This document shows, piece after piece, positions 1 to 12,109 of a stretch of DNA of 64,000 nt. Source of the DNA: Rhynchobatus australiae (taxonomy: Eukaryota); assembly GCA_034780895.1 (NCBI GenBank), contig JAUZTB010000118.1, positions 71,080,604 through 71,144,603 of the forward strand, read 5' to 3'. The notes beneath the pieces were generated by a model that saw nothing but the letters and a program-made list of their open reading frames with translations, did not search any database and was not told the DNA's origin. Each line of letters opens with the position of its first letter. Position 1 is the first letter of the stretch. The translations under genes were made by a program, and so were the position numbers.

Positions 1-140
1 TGCGTCTTTGTGTGGAAAGTTCTGGGGGCAGCCCGCAAGTGTCGCCACACTTCCGGCGCTAACATAGTTTGCCCACAACTTCCTAACCAGTACATCTTTG
101 GAATGTGGGAGAAAACCGGAGCACCCGGAGGAAACCATAT
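1..140 (-). mobile_element. HE1-like V-SINE, partial
   Basis: Reverse complement matches the body of the SINE at 42482-42770 (ggtttcctccgggtgctccggttt..cccacattccaaaga; ccggaag.gtggcgacacttg.gggctgccccca). Confidence 0.85.
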
Positions 141-184
141 GTACATTGGCACATACTGAAGAAACCAATGTTAATCCATACAGA

Positions 185-730
185 TAATTATGGGAAGATG
201 TCAGAAAAGGTAGAGTGGTGATTGTGTGCAATTTCAATTATCTGGCAATAAAGTGAGGCATTGAGAGGAAGAGATATGTTTACAGAGGGAGCTGGAGACA
301 CTTACTGATACAGCATGCAAGTCAGAGCCCTAGATCAAGTGTCATGTCCTATTTAGCAGTAAATCAGAATTGATCTACAAATGCGAAGCGATGCTTCTTT
401 TAGGCAAAAGTGATCATATTATCATTTTGCATCCATTACTGAAGGTAAGTGCCAGCAGTTAAAGAAACTAACAAAGGAAGAACTAGTAAAGGTGAATAGA
501 GATGGTATATTTGAAGTGAAAGCTTTGTGGCAATAATTTTAGATACATTATGTTTAAATACATGTGACTACTATCACAATTTAGAATGTAAAAAAATAAA
601 ATGAATTGAACACTTCTGTCACATTAAAAGAACAAAAGGTAAGCAAGAGTAATTAAATTGAGTATAACAGATAAACTGATTGATGCAGTTACAAGGTAGG
701 CAATCAAGATCATCACAATTAGAAAGGCAA
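185..730 (+). mobile_element. Highly decayed CR1-type LINE, endonuclease C-terminal region
   Basis: ttaggcaaaagtgatcat at 400-417 encodes LGKSDH, the APE-endonuclease SDH motif. Surrounding frames have multiple stops. Confidence 0.5.
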
Positions 731-745
731 TTTAGCTTACTGTAT

Positions 746-865
746 AGTCATAGAAAGGTACAGCACAGAAACAGGCCCTTCAGCCCACCAAGACTGTGCT
801 GACCATCAACCACCCACTAATCTTACCTTAATTCTCTTTTTTATATTTCCTGTATTCTCATTAAC
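746..865 (-). mobile_element. CR1/HE1-type 3' tail
   Basis: tagtcatagaaaggtacagcacagaaacaggcccttcagccca is the reverse complement of the CR1 3' end also seen at 7620-7662 and 21970-22002. Confidence 0.7.
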
Positions 866-1455
866 TCGCAGCCCCCACCCAGTCATCCTGAATGAGGTTC
901 ACCTGGACCAACCTATTTCAGAATCCAGTTCCTAAATGATTCTAAAGTTTTCATCTGTATTCTTTCTAGCTGGATCTATGATACATATAACAAACCTAAA
1001 GTACCAAGCAGGTGGATGATATCTGAATTTCCCAGATCTGGATGTCTTTTAATGCTGCAAATGCACAGTCAGCACTTTAAAGAAGTTCTAGGCATTTCTG
1101 GTTGTAAGTATGAATGGGACTTTTTCTAGCTGTACCCTGTAATTGTTCTTCTGATTCCACTTCTGGGTAGTAAATCCTCCCCAATAGTGCCACAGCTAAA
1201 GGCGACCTCTTCTTATATTCCAATGTTCTGGCACAACTTTTCCACAGACCAAAGTAATCCAATACCAAATTTAGAAGTTCTCTTCTAACTCCACTATAGA
1301 GAGGGTATGTAAACCAATTTGCCAATACTATTAAAACACTTACTTTCCTCTCTCAGCAATGCAACAAGACTTCTACCCCACCTGCAATATAAAATATGCT
1401 TCCTCCCAACTTCATATAGATTTTAATCTCCAAGACGGGACAACACATACTTGAT

Positions 1456-1870
1456 AATCATCATGACTAATAATTTACAATTTTATAAAGATATGAATAA
1501 AATAATATTAGTGGAAATTGAAAACAGTGCTAACACATCCACAATGCTTTGAAATTGGACTGTATTTGGCCCCATTATAGCATTTAAATATTCCAGCTGT
1601 ACACACAAAACTGGAGGGTTATGTCAAATCATATTGGACAAGACATAAAATGAAGTGTGTATGTGGAATCATCAAAGCCAATAATTTACAATTCTGTAAC
1701 AATATAAATACAGGATAAAATAACAGTGAAACTTGAAACAGCTCATATTTCTATAATGCATTGAGCATATTTTGCTCAATCATAACATATGGATACTGTA
1801 ACTGTTGACTGTACAAACAGTAGGATTGTGCCAAATATTATGTCCAAGAACATAAATTTATTAAGTGGTG
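1456..1870. repeat. Diverged tandem duplication, about 211-bp unit x2
   Basis: Exact aataatttacaatt at 1469-1482 and 1680-1693, each preceded by aatcatca, with further colinear similarity (agtg.aa.ttgaaa, tgt/gccaaat, acataaa). Confidence 0.65.
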
Positions 1871-1929
1871 CAGGCCTGTAGTTTAACTAGTTTGTGCTCC
1901 ACAGATTCACTGGCACTTTTGTAAGTCCT

Positions 1930-2625
1930 CTAGTTTGGTTTCAGGCAGTTCAGACAATTGCCAAGAGTGGGATGGAATCATCAACCAGGGAATGGGTTTG
2001 TGATGTGGCATATACATTGAATTTGGCAGTCTCAATCTTTAGGAAATCTCTGTTCCTATAATATTGGACAAGCAGTCTGACAATGTGAAGGCTGTGGAAG
2101 GGTCGAGAAAATTGGGGATGAAATAAAGCTGTGGGTTTTCAGATAACAATGCCAAGGGGCAGCATATGGATGAGAAATAGTAGGTGACCAGTGATAGCTC
2201 CTTAAGAACAGCAGAGGTAATGGTGCATCTGCAGGGGAAGAAGTCCATCATAGGTGATTCGCTGACTACAAACGAATAAAGAAAATTGGAAACAGGGAGG
2301 TATGACCTAATTCAGTTGGAAATCATGGAATGTGAGATCAACCATGTCAACAGCTGCAGATAGATTAAACAGAACAAGGAGAGAATGATTACTCTGTAAC
2401 ATATGTTACAGTTGCATAAAAAGTTTTCAGTGACTTTAATAAGAACCATTTTGGCATAGTGGCAGTACCAGCAAGCTGAACAAGTTGTTCTATGAAAGAT
2501 TAGCAAAAATTTGGAAGGCTACAAATTTATTCAAAGAAATTGGAGAGGTTAAAGAGATCAGAAATGGGGCAGTGGTTAATAAAAACAGAGGACAGATTTT
2601 GAGTGGGGTGATGAGGGTAGATTTA
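1930..2625 (-). mobile_element. Decayed L2-clade LINE, RT region
   Basis: Sequence around 2150-2225 corresponds on the minus strand to a degenerate GVPQGSILGPLLFxIY motif. ORF 2039-2251 contains LDPSTAFTL, resembling LDLSAAFDTV. Confidence 0.6.
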
Positions 2626-4624
2626 ATATGCACTAGTGTGCAATTACAATTTTGAGGTATGAATGAACCAAGTATACAGCATAAATACTCTGACAGATAT
2701 GCCAGCGTTAAATGGATATGCTGGTGATCCTTAAAGGCTCAAAAGAATGGTGTGTAACCTTTTTATATTTAAAATGTGTAATAATTCTACTAAATTCTGC
2801 CCTACATATTGCTTTGTACCAGTTCATAAACTAATACTCATACGGGCTGGGGGTTGAGGGCAGAGAGCTAGGCATTAATACTTTATGCCAGTGCAGTGAC
2901 TCGACATCTTTATAAACAATGGATAAGCACTTCAGTTTTATACATTCAACTTTGTTGTGTTGTAGTGCAGAAGTGCCTTCCACACCAAGTGGCCTGGATA
3001 TTAATCTGGAGGTGGCATTCAACCAGGAAACACATCAAATAAGTAGAATGGAATCTGCAATCAGAACACAAGTGAATCAATTACTTTTGTCTTCCAGTTT
3101 TTCCCCCCACAAGTTGCTGTGCAGCAGCATTATCCATAGTGATATGATGCAAACTCCGCTGAATTCAAATGGTTCACAAATGAATGTTGCAGTTCAGGGA
3201 GAATGGCAGCTATGGAACAAGGACAGCTCCAGTTCTAATGATGCATTGGTGGAGGAAGAGGAGGAGGTGGTTTACATTTTTCATTAACAATGGAAGGAAG
3301 AAATCAGTTGCTCTCATTGAGAAAATTAGCAGCAGTAATGCTGTGCTCAGGTAATGGATACAATATAGAAAAGACTGCATCACCTGGTCAAGAAAAGTGA
3401 TTGCACACTGATCCAATTATATTGCATGTTTTAAACTTCTCAATCAGCCTTGATAAGTGTTCTCCATCACATCGTTCATTACCATGATTCATCTTTCAGC
3501 CTTGTTCATTGTCATTTTCTACACATTTCATCACCTACTAATTAACCTTTACCCCACCCTTATGCAAAATGATTCAAATATCTCATAGCCAATCTCAGAG
3601 AAAGCACTGCATCCCGGTGAAAATCTTCCCTTTGGTCACTTTTGTGACCCCTGTAAGAGAGCTGGCAGGCTGCAGAGGAGAGGAAAAGGTCGCCACAGAT
3701 AGTACAGCTTACAGAGGAAGATGACTGGGGGATAGGTAAGATCTCTTAGTCTGAGTTGAAGAAACAGGTAGCTGATGAAAAAATTTTTAACTATCTTTGA
3801 TAATATGTTCTTCCGTGATAGAACTATTTGAAGACTGAATAATGGTTGCTTTTTTCCTAAAGACTATAACTTTTACCATGATGGAACCAAATCTTTTTTA
3901 TTGTCCTCCAAGGCCTTTATGCAAATAGCAAATGTTGGAGGACATCCAACCTGACAAATTCTTCTCAAGAGACAAGCTGCAGTAAGCAGGCTTCTATTCC
4001 AATGGGACATTACTTGCCTGAATTTCTGAACAAGCTCAACTCCGTTTACTTGGTAGGTTTCTCAAAACCTGGGAAACCTACCAGTTCAAGTAAAATTTAG
4101 GAGCAAGTTAAAATCTGTTCACAAGTATTTTATTAACATGCCATAAGGATATTTACTATACCTCAACATAAGTTCATATTCAATTAAAAAATCCCTTATT
4201 TAGCTGAAAACGAACCTGTTAAACTTCGAAGTGCCATTGGTAGAACCAGGTTGGGCTCATGAAGCAAAATAATTTTCATTTTGTACTTGCTCCCACCCTT
4301 TATTGGGATCTAAAAGTATTAGCACATTTTTACATTTGTAAAGCAAAAGCACAATATTCTACAGTTCCATTTCAGCAATTTCTTTTTTAGTTGTTGTCTA
4401 TGGATACAAATCTTTATTTTGTCAGTTCTTTAAATTGAGTACATTTATTTTGCCCTCAGTCATAGAATACATGGTTTTAACAGAAATGACTTTTTAAAAA
4501 AATATATACTACCAAGACCCAGGATATTTTGTAAAGTCAGAAATTTTTACTGCACGCACATTTGGCTGTACTGAATCAGGTACGAATCTGGAGGGATTTT
4601 CTTGCCTCTTATTAGATTTTCTAC

Positions 4625-4835
4625 ACCTCAGCCATAAGTGATAAATGTACTGCTGAATTCAATGTCAAGTTAATCAATGCTGCCAAAGTTTTGTTGACCA
4701 AATGGCAATCCATAAAACAAGCAGCATTTCCGCAGCCTTGTGACAGCTCCGTCTAAAGAAGGGTATGAAGTTCGGAGCCTTCTCGGTTGGTAAGCGGATT
4801 CTGAACAGCTGTCAAAAAAAAAGGCTACTTGTTTA
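4625..4835. promoter_or_regulatory. Candidate conserved intronic enhancer (TALE/Hox motif cluster)
   Basis: Repeat-free stretch with TGATAAAT (4639), TGTCA (4663), TTAATCA (4670), CCATAAAA (4710), TGACAG (4741) and CAGCTGTCA (4806), plus several retained CpGs. Confidence 0.4.
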
Positions 4836-6314
4836 GATCCCATGCATGTCTGAAGGATTGTTTAAGAATCTGCAGTCACTGAAATGAATCCAGTTTGATG
4901 GTTAAAACGCTGGCAAATCGATAACTTCACAGATGATGAACTCTTGTCAAACAAAACATGTAGTAGCGTTAAGGCAGAATGCTACAGATTTATGCGTGGA
5001 GTGTCTGTTTTTCTACGAGTTACTGCTCCCACACCTTTAAACTAACAGACACAGGGAGAAAATTGAAGTAAACCTTATATGCTCTCCCATTTGCTGTCAT
5101 TCAGAACAGCTGGCAGGAAAGTCGAAACATGAGCAGCCCTCTAAACAAACTGCCGTCACACTTTCAGAAGCAATTATAGTCTTATGAAATATGAATTGCA
5201 ATTGATTTTTTCTTACTGGGGTTGTCCCATTACATGTTTTATGCACCCCAGGCATTTACTTAGACAGTAATCTGACACATTTTTACTAGAAGAGGTGAAA
5301 AATACAATCTTTGCGCAATCTTGAGTATTTTGTCTTCAGTGAACAGACACGTAAAGCACCCAGAGATGTGCTTTGATAAAGACACCAAACACTACAATTA
5401 TTGTAAATAAATAATCAAACTTGTTTGCTGAACACTGATTAACCTTTTTCATGCCAATGACAAATGAGCATGATCAGAATTCAAGACTGCATTCACCACT
5501 GCCATCTCGCACTAGATTCTCCATCTTGTAGTGCATTCATTCTGCTATAGAGTGGAAATGGGAAACTGTTAGAAATTAATATACTTAATTTAAAAATAGT
5601 TATGAGAACATTTTCAAGCCTTGTTAAGCATTTTATTCAGAGGCTTAACATGTGGTAAAACCATTTCCAGCTTTATTAACCAAATTAAAACTGCACCAGA
5701 TTGTGCTCTTAGAATACTTTTTAAAATAAAAAGAATAACCCGATTTTTCCATTCTTTAGTCCCATCGATAGCTTCAGATGCTACCTTGAAGATTTTTTGC
5801 AGCAATGACATGCAGCTGAGATGATTGATTTCCAACCATTTTCTATGCTCCAACTATAACTCCAGGCACAGGACTTTTATTTTTACTTCAGGATCCCCAG
5901 TAACTTCAAGTTTACCAGGGCTCTTTGGTGCCACAATCAATTAAACACTACCTCAATGTAAAAGGAAATTATTTTTAACTCATCTCTGGAATTTAGCTCA
6001 TGTCCCTGTTCGGAATAGAACTTTACCAAAGTGTGAAGCTGAGTGGTTCTTGTGAAACTGAGAAAAAGCTTTCAAGATGAGAAAATGAGCACTTTGTTTT
6101 TGCTGAGATCTGAAAGATCCAAAAGCTTTAACCAAAGATTTGTGATTCAGGAGGAATACAAAAAGAGAAGTTTCAGTGAGACTGTTGGGCAAGAAGGATT
6201 AAGTCTTGATCATTAAAGGTAGAGGGAAGAGTTGGTTTTGTTCTCCAAGCTCCTCATTGTGTCCACTCAATTGCTGTAATATGTGCTCTCACTAGCTTCT
6301 CTGATGTTGCATAA

Positions 6315-6505
6315 AATGCGTATAACATTTTGAAGAGCCTAGAAGATTAAATAGGAAAAGACTTATTTCACTTTGTAAAGGGTCAGAAACCAAGGAGTAT
6401 AGGCTTAAAGTAGAAAGATTAGAGGGGAGATGAGGTTTTCATCAGGAGCATGGTAGGGGTCTGGAATTTGCTGTCCAAAAGGGTGGTACAGGCAGAAACC
6501 CTGGA
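6315..6505 (+). mobile_element. CR1 LINE 3' fragment
   Basis: Degenerate ORF2 C-terminus: TRG(H/Y)RLK-like at about 6388-6410 and VWNLLSKRVVQAE. Confidence 0.7.
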
Positions 6506-6769
6506 GGGAGACTGAACAGTCATCAAATGAAGGGTAGGAGACAGCCGAGTGAAAGGATAAGCAATGCCTCAGTGCATGTGATCAGTGGAAATGGACGTGG
6601 AAGGAAATGACTGAGGGCCACATTTTTCACATAACCTGCAGCTCAAATTATCCTTTCACCACTAAGTCATGCACCTTTTCCTTTACCAGCAATTAAATAA
6701 AGATAACAAAACGTGGAAGAAGATAGAGAATTATGGGAGAGGAAAAAAAGAGCTAGCCGCAGAGGAAAG

Positions 6770-7663
6770 GGATATGGAGATTGGAGTGTTGAAGAGGCAG
6801 TGGAAGGATGCTTTTCTGACTGGAAGTCTTTGACTAGTGCTATACCACAGCAATCAGTACTGGGACCCTCATTGTTTGTGACACGTTTGCATCCAAGCAT
6901 TGATACATAAGAGGCATGATAAGTAAGTTTGCAGATGACATGAAAGTCGGTGGTGTTATGCATAGCTAGGAAGGCTGTGTAAGGCTACATACAGCAGGAT
7001 ATAGATCAGATGGAAAGTTGGACAGAGTGAAGGCAGATAGAATTTTATCCTGACAGGCCATGCATTTTGGGAAGTCAAATATGGGTTGCACATATACAGT
7101 AAATGGTCGGGCACTTAGGAAAGCTGATGAACAGAGGGACCTTGGGGTTCAAGTTCATAGTTTCCTGAAAGTGGCAACACAGATAAATCGTGTGGTGAAG
7201 AAGGTACATGGCAAGCTTGCCTTCACAGGCCAGGACATAGAATATAAAAGTTGGGATATTATGTTGCAACTTTAGAAAACACTGGTTAGGCTGCACTTGC
7301 AGTATTGTATGCAGTTCTGGTCACATTAGTGGAAGGATATGGTTGGACCAGATGAAAGGTTTCAACCCAAAATGTGGACTGTCCATTTCCCTCTATAGAT
7401 GCTGCCTGACCCTCCAAGTTCCTCCAATATCTTGTGTGTTGTTTGAAGGACTTCAGTTATGGGGAGTGACTGGAATTTGTTGCCAGAGGAGGCGGTAGAG
7501 TCAGATACAATCACTAAGTTTAAGAAGCATTCAGACAGGCACTTAGAGAGGCAAGGATCCAGGCCTAGTGTGGGCTAATGGGATTAATGTAGATGAGCCA
7601 AAAGGTTGGCATTGATGTGGTGGGCTAAAGGGCCTATTTCAGTGCTGTAGAATTCTATGACTC
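6770..7663 (+). mobile_element. 5'-truncated CR1 LINE (RT C-terminal half plus 3' tail)
   Basis: Encodes VEGCFSDWKSLTSAIPQQSVLGPSLF, KFADD (aagtttgcagatgac) and MHFGKSN...EQRDLGVQVH...IEYKS. Ends in the typical CR1 tail gggctaaagggcctatttcagtgctgtagaattctatga. Interrupted by a hairpin-family insert at 7348-7443. Confidence 0.9.
7348..7443 (+). mobile_element. Penelope-type palindromic element, single arm with degenerate hammerhead-like core
   Basis: ccagatgaaaggtttcaacccaaaatgtggac...atagatgctgcctgacc...gttcctcca matches the right arm of 14317-14497. Confidence 0.75.
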
Positions 7664-7699
7664 CTACCTGCAAGTCCAAATCACTGATACATTTTTAAA

Positions 7700-7930
7700 A
7701 GGCTAGGGATCTAGCACTGAACCCTGCAGAACAAAGTGCCTGCAGCTTTCCTGCTACTGTAACACTAAAAAGCTAAGCCACTTTTGAATCCAATCTTGAT
7801 ATTTTCCGTGGAGTCCCAAGAGCTTTTACTTTTCTTATCAGTCTATGACTTTCAATCTTGTCAAATAATTTGCTATAATCTATTCAGACCACATCATATA
7901 CACTAAACCCAAGTTTCCTGTTACCTCCAG
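7700..7930 (-). mobile_element. Decayed CR1 RT fragment
   Basis: Reverse complement resembles D..KAFDKV.H.RL..K..AHG...WIQKWL (tggattcaaaagtggctt). Confidence 0.55.
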
Positions 7931-8856
7931 GGCCAACAGAAAACACCAAGACCAGCAAGACAGAAGGAATATTTTCTCTCTTATCATGTACAGTGGCATG
8001 GGATACATAATATTTTTGTATTATGTTTCTGGTACTGGTTCTAACAGCTAGAAAAGATTAGATTTATGGAGCACCTCTAGTGGAGTATAGAAATACATTT
8101 CCTTATAAAGGAGATTATAATAATCTTAAAAGGGATCACATATATCTGCACCAAGCTGACATTAGTTAATTGGGAAAAAGGGAAGCCAAAAGCCATTCTA
8201 CTTCTCTTTCCTGCAAAACTGTATTCCGAGACACTAAATTATGATCTGATGTGTATTTATGAAGGAGATGTATACAAAAATCGAATGAAATTCACAAACA
8301 TGACAAGTTGAATTTAAATACTGAACAACTTCTTAGATATATGCACGTTTAAGGTCATTGGGCTACAGTAATTAATTTCTCAACGAACAATGTAATGCTA
8401 GAGGGTATGTCATGTAGAGTTAGCCCATTGGAATAATTTGAAATAAGTGAAATGCTTTTTAGTTTGGTTTCTCTATGCTCTTTATGGAATCATCATAGGC
8501 ACTGTATCCAACGACACGAGTTAAGATCTGTGGAAAGCTAGCAATACCATATTTGATTTGCGAGCATCCACAAGTTTCTAAAATTCTGTAATACTAATAT
8601 TTCCCAATGAAAATATCTTCCTTTATGCATCAAATAATGATGATGATTGTACTTCTTTAAAAAGTTGCCTTGCATCTTACTCGGAAAATAAATGGACCAT
8701 AATAGTAATCAGGAGTATCCTTTTAAATATCTCTGGATAAACAAATCTGAAATGTGCCACTGCAATATTCAGTTAAGATGAGAAGATGACAGATATGTTT
8801 GGTGACCAGATGAGAATCACGCTTCCCATTCAGTGGAATTTGTATCACTGCTGGTA

Positions 8857-9665
8857 CTCCAAATGAGCTCAATGCATTCAATGCAAGTTTTGCACAGAAA
8901 GGGATTGAAATATCACCCCCACAGCCTCCAATGCACTTGAACCCAGTCACTGTTGCGGACGTAAGATCAAGCTTCCGGAGAGTGAACCCGCTGAAGGCAT
9001 CTGGCCTGGACGGTGTTCCCGGTCATGTCCTTAGATCCTGCGCAGATCAGCTGGCGGGGTATTTGCAGACATTTTTAACCTCTCCCTGCTTCAATTTGAG
9101 GTTCCCACCTGCTTTAAGAAGACCATTATCATAGAAAGCATCCTATCCAGATGCATCACGGCTTGGTACTGCAACTGCTCTGCCGGGGACTGCAAGAAAC
9201 TGCAGAGTTGTGGCACAGCTCAGCGCATCATGGAATCCAACTTTCCCTGGACACGGACTGTCTACACTTCTCGCTGCCTCAGTAAAGCAGCCAGCAAAAT
9301 CAAAGACCCCACCCACCCTGGACATTCTCTCTTCTCCCCACTTCCATTAGGCAGAAGATACAAAAGCCTGAAAGCATATACCACCAGGTTCAAGGACAGC
9401 TTTTTTCCCTGCCGTTATAGAACTATTGAACAGTTCCCTAGTACGATAAGATGGACTCTTGACCTCACAATCTACCTTGTTATGATCTTGCACCTTATTT
9501 GTGTACGTGCACTGCACTCTCTCTGTAATTGTAACACTTTATGCTGCACACTGCTATTGTTTTACCTTGTACTACCCCAATGCACTGTTGTAATGAATTG
9601 ATCTGTCTGAACGGTATGCAAGTTTTTCATGTACCTCGGTACATGTGACAATAATAAACCAATTT
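8857..9665 (+). mobile_element. Rex1/Babar-like non-LTR retrotransposon with the RT core deleted
   Basis: ELNAF..F and VTVADVRSSFRRVNPLKASGLDGVPGHVLRSCADQLA...VPTCFKKTII are joined directly to IESILSRCITAWYCNCSA..., then IKDPTHPGHSLFSPLPLGRRYKSLKAYTTRFKDSFF. The 3' UTR ends gtacatgtgacaataataaacc. Confidence 0.8.
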
Positions 9666-9834
9666 ACCAAAATGTCACTAAGCAGTCTTTAAAAGGCACG
9701 TTTAAAACAAAATGAAATGTTTTTAAGAAAGGCACATGCAGTAGGAAACCCTTTTTTTAGGAAGAATGTTGATGTTGAGTAATGAATCATTGTAACCAAG
9801 ATTTGAATTTCAACATCTGAATGAAATTTTAAAT

Positions 9835-10045
9835 CTTGTTAGCCCTTGTACTCAGCCACCCAATGCCAGTATCAACTATTCTCAAGTCAGATATAGCTGC
9901 AGAGTTGAACTCCCTTTGCCCTGGCATAACAATATGCTTTACTTCAACTGTATCGCAGTAACCCCTAATGCATTGAGCTGTATTTTTCATTTTCTGTGCT
10001 AAGGCTTCTCTAAGATTGCCAGTTTAATGCCGAATTAGAATATTT
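9835..10045 (-). mobile_element. Ancient SINE fragment, same family as 25985-26330 (LF-SINE-like)
   Basis: Reverse complement contains aattcggcattaaactggcaatc and gttgaagtaaagcatattg...gggagttcaactctgcagctatatctg, colinear with the 26150-26300 segment. Confidence 0.4.
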
Positions 10046-11794
10046 TCCTTTTGCTGTTGCCCAAAACCAGTGAGAAATAATGCATAAGCATCCACAGAGA
10101 AAATTATAATACTTTCCTCTTGATTTTGAGAAAAAGGATCAAGAATCTTGATTAATTGTATATTAAGTAAAACTACTTTTATAATAAGGCATAACAGGAT
10201 TTTTACACTTTACAAGATTTTACAATACTAACCCCTGAAGTGTAAAGAGATTTTCTTCTCTTTGACTTCTCAGATTGCCAGTTCATATCAATTAATTATT
10301 AATTTTACATGACACACAGTGCCTAACTAAAAATCAAGTTTCTCTCTACCCCAGCGTGGGCAGATAGCTAAATTAATTAATGTTCAGATTCAGTCAGCAG
10401 AATCAGGAATTGCAAATTTAATTTCATTAAATAATTTGTAACCTGTAAACTCTGGAGATCAATGTTGTTTCTCCACTTTGATTCTCTCACTAATTCTCTA
10501 TCCTCCAGTTCATATTAATTCCCAGACCTTGTTAATTATTTTGCAGCTATTTAGCCATTTAAAAAAAATGTAATTCCATTGCAGGGTCCATTACCAGTAT
10601 GACCCTGCCTCTGCCAGAAACCCTCAGCAGATTAAGGGCTCTGACTGGAGCCCATTCATTTTCAGTCCAAGTCTAATTACTGCAGTCTGCCTTCTAACAG
10701 GTACCTCTGCTATCTTGCATTTGAGTTCTGTGGTTGCTTCAGAGGACAAATACAAAAGATTAATTGTTTGCTTTGTTTCATCTCTGGAGAACCGAAGGCG
10801 CTTAATCAAGAAAAATAATTCCTTCCAGTGTTGACGTGGTGACTTGACCAGACTATAATTGCAGAAAGCAGAAGTACTGAGGTGCATTTTGTAAGTGTAA
10901 TTTCTTTTTAGCTGGATTGTATCTTCAATACATGTGAAACAAATTTTAAAAAAATTTTGGAAAATTGATGAGTCTATTAACATTTCTCTCAGCAAGTAAT
11001 TTGGCTGTTGGATGTTTTTAAATTCTGACTGATAATGTTGGGCTGTACCATCATTTGTAATGTCTGATAGTTCACAAATCCAATCAAGGAGACAATAGTA
11101 AAAAGCATTTCCAAATTGTTCTTAATTGCAAGAGCACAGACAGTGGTAAATGCTGCGATACCTCCAATTAAAAAGAACCTCCTTTCTACTGAGAGCCATT
11201 AGTCCACATTTCACTGATCTGATAAGCAAGTCATCAAATGGTGAAACAGATTAATTGCATTCAATTAATTGTAGAATAACTGAAGGTCAAACAGAGCTTA
11301 ACAATAACAAATGCAAATAGAATAGTAACTGCACAATGAACTCTAAACTTGATTGAGTCGAGTACATATAGAATAATGAGTGGCCATGGTGGAGTCAGAG
11401 GTTTAATAGCGCACGTGTGTTGATTCTACTAATAGTTTGGTTAGCTGCTGCTAGAAATACATTACAGAATCACATAGAACGTGCAGCTGATGAAAAGGCC
11501 ACGGTCCAACTGGCTTGCTGGTTATGGTGTTATTAAAAACTCAACCACATTTCAGAAAAAAAAACTAATGTAGGCTGAAATGACAAGTCAAATCAATATA
11601 CAAGAAAAACTAATAAGGATATTTTAAGCCTTTCTGCTACGCATTATTCTGCCTACCTTACTGACTTCGCTGTCAACCTCACTTCTGACCAGCTGCAAAA
11701 TATAGAAAGTTATTTTGTTTTTAAGCTTTTGCAAAATTTGAGCTGCACTAAAACATTTCCAATTTTATAAATTGAAATTAGATTCACTATTGTT

Positions 11795-12095
11795 AAGGAC
11801 ATGAGAAACAGGAAGAGAAGGTCAATTGGCCCCTTGAGTCTGCTCTGCCATTCAATAAGATTGTGACCAATCCAATCTTAGCCTCTATACTACTTTCCCA
11901 CTCTCTCCCCATACCTGTTAGTTCCCTGGTTTAAAATGTCTTCCAATCTCCACCTTGAATATTTTCAACAACCCTGCCTCTGTGGTTCTCTGTGCTAAAG
12001 AATTTCAAAGACTCGTGCCCATCTGTGAATAGAAATTCCTTGTCATCTTAGAGGCAGCTTCATATTCTGAAACTAACATCTCTTAGTTCTAGTTC
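11795..12095 (-). mobile_element. CR1 LINE 3' end
   Basis: taaggacatgagaaacaggaagagaaggtcaattggccccttgagtctgctctgccattcaataag is the reverse complement of the CR1 tail. Also a degenerate FWNSL motif. Confidence 0.75.
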
Positions 12096-12109
12096 CCACC
12101 AGAGATGAC

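Noticed and set aside
1077-1325. 82-aa minus-strand ORF as SNX24 exon 4
   Set aside because: It does not resemble the expected AVILENEELPKLFLDFL sequence. A faint CR1 ORF1 esterase resemblance nearby is too weak to call.
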